A stretch of DNA of 54,321 nt from Candidatus Eiseniibacteriota bacterium (GTDB taxonomy: Bacteria > Eisenbacteria > RBG-16-71-46): positions 1 through 54,321 of the forward strand of contig JBGAOB010000004.1 of NCBI GenBank assembly GCA_044222045.1, written 5' to 3'. The notes under the pieces are model-generated. The model had not been told where the DNA came from, searched no databases, and saw only the letters and a list, made by a program, of their open reading frames with translations. Positions 47,418 through 54,321 of the stretch are shown piece after piece. The stretch's first letter is position 1. Every line of letters begins with the position of its first letter. The position numbers were made by a program, and so were the translations under genes.

Positions 47418-48287
47418 ATGTCGGAGATCGTCCAGGTCGCCCTGCGCGGTGCGCGCCGGGAGTTCTTCATCAACTCCCGCCATCTGTGGTTGCGCCTGCA
47501 GGACCCCGTGATCGTCCAGGGCGAGCACGGCGAGACGATGGGGCGCGTGCTGCTCAAGGACCCGACGCTGATCGGTCTCAAGAAGCCCGGCAACGTCACG
47601 CGCGAGATCATCCGCAAGGCCGAGGAGGAAGACCTCGACCAGGACGATCACAACCGCCAGCTCGAGGGCGAGGCGTTCGAGTACTGCGCCCGCCGGATCG
47701 ACGTCCGCGAGCTGAAGATGGAGCTGTCCGAGGTGGAGGTGGCGTTCCGGCGCAACCGGGTGACGTTCTACTTCACCGCCGAGCAGCGCGTGGACTTCCG
47801 CGAACTGGTGAAGGACCTCGCGTCCAAGTTCCAGACGCGCATCGAGCTGCGGCAGATCGGCGTGCGCGACCAGGCGAAGCGGCTCGACGGCTGCGGTCCG
47901 TGCGGACGGGCGTTCTGCTGCTCGACGTGGCTGAAGAGCTTCCACCCGGTGACGCTGAAGATGGCGCGCGAACAGCAGCTGTCGCTGAACCCGAGCAAGA
48001 TCTCCGGCGCGTGCGGCCGGCTCATGTGCTGCCTCGCCTACGAACTGGTGCAGTACCGCGACAGCGTCGACCACCTGCCGCCGATCGGTGCGAAGCTCAA
48101 GACCGGCAAGGGCGTGTGCACGGTGATCCGCGTGGAGACGTACCAGGAAGCGGTGTGGGTGCGCGACGACGAGGGCGGCGAGCACCGCATCGCCTACTCC
48201 GACCTGCCGCCCGGCCCGTACCACAAGTGCGGCGACTGCAACTGCGGCTCGAAGCAGAAGGGCGACCACGGACCGAAGGGCGACTGA
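47418..48287 (+). CDS. ricT: PSP1 domain / RicT (YaaT)-family protein
   Basis: FYFTAEQRVDFRELVKDLA, RIELRQIGVRD, GPCGR..CC, LNPSKISGACGRLMCCL. Confidence 0.9.
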   Translation: MSEIVQVALRGARREFFINSRHLWLRLQDPVIVQGEHGETMGRVLLKDPTLIGLKKPGNVTREIIRKAEEEDLDQDDHNRQLEGEAFEYCARRIDVRELKMELSEVEVAFRRNRVTFYFTAEQRVDFRELVKDLASKFQTRIELRQIGVRDQAKRLDGCGPCGRAFCCSTWLKSFHPVTLKMAREQQLSLNPSKISGACGRLMCCLAYELVQYRDSVDHLPPIGAKLKTGKGVCTVIRVETYQEAVWVRDDEGGEHRIAYSDLPPGPYHKCGDCNCGSKQKGDHGPKGD

Positions 48288-48291
48288 ACGC

Positions 48292-49311
48292 GTGATCGCC
48301 CCGACCCGCCGCCTCGCGCGCCCGGCGCTGGCCGCGTTCGCGGCGGCGACGATGCTCACGTGCGCGGCGAACGCCCCCGCCGCGACGCGACGCCCCGCGA
48401 CGACGCCCGAGGACGCCACGCTGCAGGGTTCGCTCGCCCGCATCGCGGCGCGCGCTCACGGCCGCTGCGCGATCGCGGCGTGGCACTTCCAGCCGGACGG
48501 CTCGGGGTTGCAGGTGGCCGAGGTGAACGCGGACCGGCCGCAGGTCATGGCGAGCGTCTACAAGCTGCCGATCGCGGCGAAGGTGCTGGCCGACGCGGAC
48601 GCGGGCCGGCTCGCGATGGATCGCACGCTCACGCTGCGGCCGGCCGACGACGCGCCGGGCTGGAGCCCGATCGCCGCGGCGAACCCGCAGGGCGTCACGA
48701 TCTCCATCGCCGCGCTGGTCGATTCGGTGGTGACGACCAGCGACAACACGGCGTGCGACGTGCTGCTCGACCAGGTCGGCGGGCCGCGCGCGGTGACCGC
48801 GTGGCTGCGCGCGCAGGGCATCGCCGGCATCCGCGTGGATCGTTCGGAGCGGCAGATCGGCATCGACTACGCGGGGCCGGCGCCCCGCTCGGTCCGGCGC
48901 GCCACCGCGCAACGCGCCGCCGCCGCGAGCGCGTTCGCGCGCGACCCGCGCGACCACGCGAGCGCGCACGCGCTGGCGACGCTGCTGCACCGGCTGTGGC
49001 TCGGCGGGCTGCTCTCCGATTCGAGCCGCGCTCGGCTGCTGTCGGCGATGGAGCGCGCGGCCACCGGCCCGCGCCGCCTGCGCGCCGGGCTGCCCCGGGA
49101 GGCGCGCCTCTTCCACAAGACCGGCACCGGCTTCACCACGGGCGGCGTCACCGCGGCGATCAACGACGTGGGCCTCGTGAAGCTGCCCGGCGGCGGCGGG
49201 ATCGTGGTGATCGCCGTGCTGGTGGAGGACGCCCGCGGCGGAGAAGCGGCCGAGGACACGATCGCCGAAGTCGCGCGCGTGGTGTACGACCACTGGAACG
49301 CGCCCGACTGA
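48292..49311 (+). CDS. bla: Class A beta-lactamase
   Basis: Signal peptide. SVYK, SDN, DRSE (Glu166 equivalent), DPRD, HKTG. Confidence 0.85.
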   Translation: MIAPTRRLARPALAAFAAATMLTCAANAPAATRRPATTPEDATLQGSLARIAARAHGRCAIAAWHFQPDGSGLQVAEVNADRPQVMASVYKLPIAAKVLADADAGRLAMDRTLTLRPADDAPGWSPIAAANPQGVTISIAALVDSVVTTSDNTACDVLLDQVGGPRAVTAWLRAQGIAGIRVDRSERQIGIDYAGPAPRSVRRATAQRAAAASAFARDPRDHASAHALATLLHRLWLGGLLSDSSRARLLSAMERAATGPRRLRAGLPREARLFHKTGTGFTTGGVTAAINDVGLVKLPGGGGIVVIAVLVEDARGGEAAEDTIAEVARVVYDHWNAPD

Positions 49312-49351
49312 TCGGGGCGGTATCGCGCCGGACGCCCGCGCCCGGCCGCGC

Positions 49352-50200
49352 CTACAGCGCGCGCTTCTGGAAGCTGCGCAGCGCGAAGGCCAGCGCGAAC
49401 ACGATGTAGAGCGCCGCCCACGCGATCATGGCCGGGCTCGGCACCGAGATCGGCGAGAACGGCGTGAGCTGGAGTTCCTTCATGATCGGCGGCTGCATCA
49501 GGTGCGCGGCGCGCATCCACAGGGCTTCGCTCGGCATGAGCAGACTGGCGATCGTGCCCACGTTGCGCGCCGCGTCGTTGCGGTTGAACGAGCCGATCTG
49601 CTCCACCCAGTTGCCGATGAACGCCAGGCCGAACAGCCCGAACGAGACGATCCCCGTGGTCACCGTGGACAGCCGCGTGCCGCCCGCGATGCTGACGGAC
49701 AGCAGCACGAGCGCCTCGAGCCCCATCAGCGGCAGCCCCTGCAGCGGATTCGGCACCATGAAGTCGGCGCGCAGCTTCACGATCGCCAGAACGCCGCCCG
49801 CGAGGAACACGAGATAGCCGAGCACCACGATCGCGTACGCGAGCCACTTGCCGAGCACGATGGTGGAGCGGCGCACGGGCTTCGACGCCACGGTCTGCAC
49901 CACGCCCGAGCCGATCTCGCCCGCGAGCGTGTCCACCGGCAGCAGCACGGCGCTCATCACGGTGAGGAAGTTGACCGCGTAGAGCCCGGCGAGCGTGAGG
50001 AAGTTCAGCATCACCGCGCGCTGCACCACGCTCACCGCGCCGGACTGCCTGGCGATGTCGAGCATGATGAAGTGCAGGCCCGTCGCGAACACGGCGAGGA
50101 ACCCGGCGCCGCACACGAGCGACGCCGCCAGGATGCGACGGCGGACGGCTTCGTGGATCGTCATCCACACGATGGTGAGCAGGGTTCGCATGGGGGTCAT
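49352..50200 (-). CDS. ABC-2 type transporter permease
   Basis: Six TMs, EIGSG..QT..SKPVRRSTIVLGKW. Overlaps the ATPase stop. Confidence 0.88.
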   Translation of the reverse strand: MTPMRTLLTIVWMTIHEAVRRRILAASLVCGAGFLAVFATGLHFIMLDIARQSGAVSVVQRAVMLNFLTLAGLYAVNFLTVMSAVLLPVDTLAGEIGSGVVQTVASKPVRRSTIVLGKWLAYAIVVLGYLVFLAGGVLAIVKLRADFMVPNPLQGLPLMGLEALVLLSVSIAGGTRLSTVTTGIVSFGLFGLAFIGNWVEQIGSFNRNDAARNVGTIASLLMPSEALWMRAAHLMQPPIMKELQLTPFSPISVPSPAMIAWAALYIVFALAFALRSFQKRAL

Positions 50201-51114
50201 CCCGGGCGCTGGTCTTCGCCCATCACCTCGAGGAACCACGCCTCGAGCGACTTGTGGTCGGTGGCCATCTCGTACAGCCGAGCGCCGTGCTGCACCGCCG
50301 TGCGCGCCAGTTCGGGCAGCACGGGCTCGCCGCTCACGCGCATCCGCACGACGCCGTCGGCGTGTTCGAAGCCCGTGCCGAGCGCCGCGAGCGCGGCGAG
50401 CGCACCTTCGTCGGCGCCCGCGAGACGCAGGCGAACGTCCACGCCCGCCGCTTCCTCGCCCAGCCGCAGCTCGTGCACCGTGCGGCCCGCCTTCACGAAG
50501 ACCACGCGGTCGCACGTGGCCTCCACCTCGCCGAGCAGGTGCGAGTTCAGGAACACCGCGGCGCCCTTCGAGCGCAGCTCGCGGATCACGTCGCGCACGA
50601 GCAGGCGTCCGATCGGGTCGAGCCCCGACGTGGGCTCGTCCAGGAACACGAGCTGCGGCTCGTTCAGCAGCGCCTGGGCGAGTCCGGCGCGCTGCATCAT
50701 GCCCTTGCTGTACGTGCGCAGCGGGCGGTGCGCGGCCTCGCCCAGTGCGACGCGCTCGAGCAGCTCGTTCACCCGTCGCTCGAGCGCCGCGCCGCGCATG
50801 CCGTAGAGGCGGCCGTGGAACTGCAGCAGCTCGCGGCCCGACAGCCAGTCCTGGAAGCGGAAGTGTTCCGGCAGGAAGCCGACGTGCGCCCGCGCGCCGC
50901 GGTCTCCGAGCGGGCGGCCGAGCACGCGCCCCTCGCCCGACGTGGGCTCCACGAGCCCGAGCAGCATCTTCAGCGACGTGGTCTTGCCCGCGCCGTTCGG
51001 GCCCAGGAAGCCGAACACCTCGCCGCGCGGCACGTTCAGCGTGAGCCCGGCCACGGCGAGTTTCTCGCCGAAGCGCTTGCGCAGTTCGCGGGTCTCGAGC
51101 GCGAGGTCGGTCAT
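50197..51114 (-). CDS. ABC transporter ATP-binding protein
   Basis: GPNGAGKTT, YSKGMMQR, LDEPTSGLDP, NSH. Confidence 0.95.
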   Translation of the reverse strand: MTDLALETRELRKRFGEKLAVAGLTLNVPRGEVFGFLGPNGAGKTTSLKMLLGLVEPTSGEGRVLGRPLGDRGARAHVGFLPEHFRFQDWLSGRELLQFHGRLYGMRGAALERRVNELLERVALGEAAHRPLRTYSKGMMQRAGLAQALLNEPQLVFLDEPTSGLDPIGRLLVRDVIRELRSKGAAVFLNSHLLGEVEATCDRVVFVKAGRTVHELRLGEEAAGVDVRLRLAGADEGALAALAALGTGFEHADGVVRMRVSGEPVLPELARTAVQHGARLYEMATDHKSLEAWFLEVMGEDQRPG

Positions 51115-51163
51115 GGGCGGCAGGCTACCGCACGCGCGGGCCGCGGTCCCGCCGGGCGACGCG

Positions 51164-52426
51164 TCACTGATCCACCGCGATCGCCACGACGGGCGACAGT
51201 TCGGCGGCGCGCCGGGCCGGGTAGGTGCCGAACGCCAGTCCCACCGCGGACGACGACAGCGTGGCGATCAGCACCGACTCGACGGACAGCACGGGGTGCA
51301 CGGGCACGTGCAGCGCGAACCGGAACATCGCCGTCACGAGCAGCGCGATGGTCATGCCCAGCACCACGCCGGCTCCGGCGCCCGCCAGCGCGATGGCGAC
51401 GGCCTCGCTCAGGAACTGCGTGCTGATGTCGCGGCGGCGCGCGCCGACGCTCTTGCGGATACCGATCTCGCGCGTGCGCTCGGCCACGGAGGCGAGCAGC
51501 ACGTTCATGATGCCGATCCCGCCCACCAGCAGCGAGATGCCCACGAGCGCGCCCACGAACGCCTTCATCAGGCCGAACGCCTGGTCGACCTGCTCCAGCT
51601 GCTCGAGTCCCACCGTCACCGTCACGCGGTCCTGCCAGCGGCCCCAGCGCCGCGACACCCATTCGGTGGCCGCGTCGCGCACGTCCCACACCGACTCCAC
51701 GCTGGGCGCGAGAAGCTGCAGCGAGGGCGCGTGCCGGCCGTAGGCCGGCGCTTCGAGCAGCGCGCGCTCGGCGCCGATCGGGGCGATCAGGGCGAACGAC
51801 GGGTCCTCGCGGTCCTCGAACCGTTCCGCGGCGAGCACGCCGATGACGCGGCGCCGGTGCCCGTTCACGTGGATCTCGCGCCCCACGAACGCGAGCGGGT
51901 CGCGACCGGGCGACAGCTCGCGGGCCAACGCGTGGTTCACCACCACCACGGGCGCGTGGGCCGCCACTTCCATGTCGCCGAAGAACCGCCCGGCCGCCAG
52001 CTCCACGCCACCGAAGTCCGGCAGCGCCGCGGTGCCCAGCGTGACCTGCGCGCCGTGCTCGATGCCGCGACACCGCACGCGCGTGCGTCCGCCGAGCACC
52101 ATCGTCACCGCCGTGCCGGGCCCGAGGAACGCCCGCAGCGCCTGCTCGTCGGCCGGGCCGAACACGGGGTAGTCGCGGATCGGCTCCCACTGGCCGTCGC
52201 GATACACGCTGTGCCGGGGACTGATGCGGATCACCTGCACGGAGGTCTGCTTGCGCACGGTGTCGCGAGCGAAACCCATGAGCCCGTCGCTCACCGCCAT
52301 GGTGGCGATCAGGGCGCCGCTGCCGATCGTGATGCCGAGCACCGACAGCAGCGTGCGCAGGGGATGGATGCGCAGGGCCTCGAACCCCACGCGCAGGTTC
52401 GCCACGAAGGCGACGCGGTTCGTCAT
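51164..52426 (-). CDS. MacB-like ABC transporter permease
   Basis: RTLLSVLGITIG, GISLLVGGIGIMNV..SVAERTREIGIRKSVGA, YPARRAA. Confidence 0.92.
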   Translation of the reverse strand: MTNRVAFVANLRVGFEALRIHPLRTLLSVLGITIGSGALIATMAVSDGLMGFARDTVRKQTSVQVIRISPRHSVYRDGQWEPIRDYPVFGPADEQALRAFLGPGTAVTMVLGGRTRVRCRGIEHGAQVTLGTAALPDFGGVELAAGRFFGDMEVAAHAPVVVVNHALARELSPGRDPLAFVGREIHVNGHRRRVIGVLAAERFEDREDPSFALIAPIGAERALLEAPAYGRHAPSLQLLAPSVESVWDVRDAATEWVSRRWGRWQDRVTVTVGLEQLEQVDQAFGLMKAFVGALVGISLLVGGIGIMNVLLASVAERTREIGIRKSVGARRRDISTQFLSEAVAIALAGAGAGVVLGMTIALLVTAMFRFALHVPVHPVLSVESVLIATLSSSAVGLAFGTYPARRAAELSPVVAIAVDQ

Positions 52427-52490
52427 GCCCTGTCGCCCGCGTCGAAACGCCGGGGGCCCGGAGGCCGCCGGCGCGTCGATCGCGAGTCGT

Positions 52491-53465
52491 CTACCGGAGC
52501 GACTCGGCCATCTGCACGAGGTCGGTGGACTGGATGTTGCCCTGCACCGCGAGCACGCGGTCGTCCTGCGTCCACAGCACGAGCACGCCCTCGTGCGTGC
52601 GGTGGCCTTCGGCGTTCGTCTCCTTCGTGGTGATCATCAGGCCGCGGCGGCCGTTCACCGTGATCTCGCGGAACGAGGCGGCGTTCATCGGCACCGGCAC
52701 GAGCATGGTGCTGGACCAGTCGATCCGCCGAGCCATGCGGTGCGCGTCGGCCGCGGGCATGCCGAGCACGCGCAGGCCGATCTCGCCGAGCTGCGCCAGG
52801 TCGACGCCGGAAGGCACGCGCACCTCGGGGCTCTTCGCCTGCAGCACGGTGGCGCGACGGTTCTCGTTGACGTACGTGGCCACGATCATCGGCGACACGC
52901 GCACGTGCACCGTGCGGCCGTCGAGCCCGTCGGGCACGCGGGCGTCGCCCATGCCGAGCGTCTGGAGTGCGGCCCGCAGCTGGTCGGTGTGCACCACGAA
53001 GTCGCTCTCGCCCCCGCCGGTCACGCGCACGGTGTCGGGCACGAGCCCGGCCGGCATCATCGTGGGCGCCAGGGCGTGCAGCCCGGCGAGATCGCCCGCC
53101 TCCTGCAGCGACGCCACGACGCGCGGCGGTCCGGGCGTCTGCGTGGTGTTCTGCTTCTCGAGGAACATGGGCCCGTCGCCGTGGTCGAAGCCCTTCAACT
53201 TCTCGAGGCGCGCGGGGTCGAACTGCACGGCGGCGAACGTGCGCACGCGGAACAGGTCGAGCATGGCCTGCGCGGACACGCGCACGGCCGGGAACGCGAA
53301 GGCCACCGCGACCACCGCCATCACCGTGGCCCAGCCCAGGACGGGGCGCCAGCGGGCGGCGCGCGCGGCCCGCGCTTCGTCCTGCTCGCGGAGGCGTTCA
53401 CGCAGCGCGCGGGCGTAACCGGGGCGGGGCTCGCCCTTCAGTCCACCGAGGAAGTCGTCGCTCAT
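52491..53465 (-). CDS. Putative membrane anti-sigma factor (DUF4367-like C-terminus)
   Basis: Overlaps the sigma stop; one TM. C-terminal ITVNGRRG...LWTQDDRVLAVQGN...LVQMAESLR. Confidence 0.7.
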   Translation of the reverse strand: MSDDFLGGLKGEPRPGYARALRERLREQDEARAARAARWRPVLGWATVMAVVAVAFAFPAVRVSAQAMLDLFRVRTFAAVQFDPARLEKLKGFDHGDGPMFLEKQNTTQTPGPPRVVASLQEAGDLAGLHALAPTMMPAGLVPDTVRVTGGGESDFVVHTDQLRAALQTLGMGDARVPDGLDGRTVHVRVSPMIVATYVNENRRATVLQAKSPEVRVPSGVDLAQLGEIGLRVLGMPAADAHRMARRIDWSSTMLVPVPMNAASFREITVNGRRGLMITTKETNAEGHRTHEGVLVLWTQDDRVLAVQGNIQSTDLVQMAESLR

Positions 53466-54013
53466 CGAGAGTCTCCTTCGTGCCATTCGGCCCGCAGTCC
53501 CGCGATGGTGCGATGCAGGATGGTGCCGACGTTGGATTCACCGAGTCGTGTGCTGCGCGCGATCTCGCGGTTCGTGAGGCCGGCGCCGAACTTGAGCGCG
53601 ATCAGCTCGCGCTCGCGCTCCGGAAGCGCGGCGAGCAGGCGAGAGAGGCGTTCGGCGTCGGAGCGCTTCTCGGCGAGCTCTTCGGGTGTGCGTCCACCCG
53701 GGAGCGCTTCCGCTTCCTCGATCGGCGCGTGGATCCGCCGCGCGCGGAAGTGGTCGATGGCGGTGTTGCGCGCGATGGCGAACACCCACGTCTGGAAGGA
53801 GGCGATGTCGCGCCGGTAGCGGTGACGCGACTGCCAGGCCTTCTCGAACGTGGTGGACGTGAGGTCTTCCGCATCGGGCCCGGGGCCCACGCGGTAGCGG
53901 AAGAAGTCGTGGACGCGCGGCAGGAGCTCCGCATAGACCGCGTCCCACTCGGCTTCCGTCACCGGCGAAGCCCAACCCCACGTTCGTGCCGACATCGTCT
54001 GTTCCATGGCCAT
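53462..54013 (-). CDS. ECF RNA polymerase sigma factor
   Basis: DAEDLTSTTFEKAW, WVFAIARN..IDHFR, LPERERELIALKF, GLTNREIA. Confidence 0.93.
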   Translation of the reverse strand: MAMEQTMSARTWGWASPVTEAEWDAVYAELLPRVHDFFRYRVGPGPDAEDLTSTTFEKAWQSRHRYRRDIASFQTWVFAIARNTAIDHFRARRIHAPIEEAEALPGGRTPEELAEKRSDAERLSRLLAALPERERELIALKFGAGLTNREIARSTRLGESNVGTILHRTIAGLRAEWHEGDSR

Positions 54014-54023
54014 GACGAAGGAG

Positions 54024-54050
54024 AATACGGACGACCCGGGAAAGCATCAC
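54024..54050 (-). promoter_or_regulatory. Possible autoregulatory ECF promoter (GTGATG-N15-CGTATT)
   Basis: Minus strand gtgatgctttcccgggtcgtccgtatt, 10 nt before the sigma ATG. CGT(A) is a typical ECF -10 element. Single copy only. Confidence 0.4.
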
Positions 54051-54073
54051 GGAGGATATCGCCCGAGCCCCCA

Positions 54074-54321
54074 CCGCGCAGGCCCGGGTGCGTGGGGTGC
54101 GTCACGAGGGCACGTGAGCTTCCGCGCCCGCAGCCCGCGAGGGCGAGGACGCGGAAGCGCAGCGAAGGCCCGGCTCGCCGGGCCGCAGCGGGTGCCCCGG
54201 ACGCATCCCACGTGCACGGGCCGTGGAGAGAGCACCCCGCGCGCTCGCCGCGCAGGCCCGGGTGCGTGGGGTGCGTCACGAGGGCACGTGAGCTTCCGCG
54301 CCCGCAGCCCGCGAGGGCGAG
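54074..54321 (+). repeat. Tandem structured repeat (174-bp period), REP/MITE- or ncRNA-like, truncated by window end
   Basis: 54074-54147 is identical to 54248-54321. The unit has an internal long imperfect inverted repeat and two hairpins. Confidence 0.8.

Overview
High-GC bacterial chromosomal window. Four secreted proteins with FlgD-Ig/T9SS-like C-terminal domains and a GWxTD protein suggest Ca. Eisenbacteria or another FCB-related lineage (inference). Housekeeping genes (DEAD-box helicase, surA-ftsEX-envC, holB, PSP1/ricT) are interspersed with accessory genes: a cusCBA copper/silver efflux operon with an RGPP-type leader, three sensor kinases, two secreted glycosidase-like enzymes, a class A beta-lactamase, and an ECF/anti-sigma/ABC locus. 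The most striking feature is at 1-10.1 kb. A divergent ECF sigma factor, a double zinc-finger membrane anti-sigma and a secreted subtilisin (S8) face four small exported genes: two stand-alone PPC-like proteins, a lipoprotein, and a signal-peptide precursor with five C-x4-C cores. Five copies of an identically spaced promoter-like motif (TGTCACA-N14-GCAACGA) lie upstream of the four small genes and the anti-sigma/protease pair, defining a putative regulon. Other oddities are an FtsE with degenerate ATPase motifs, a frameshift-ridden Gly/Met insert in CusA, a Cof-type HAD phosphatase with a signal peptide, and a tandem structured repeat at the right edge. All calls are from motif reading, with no database searches.
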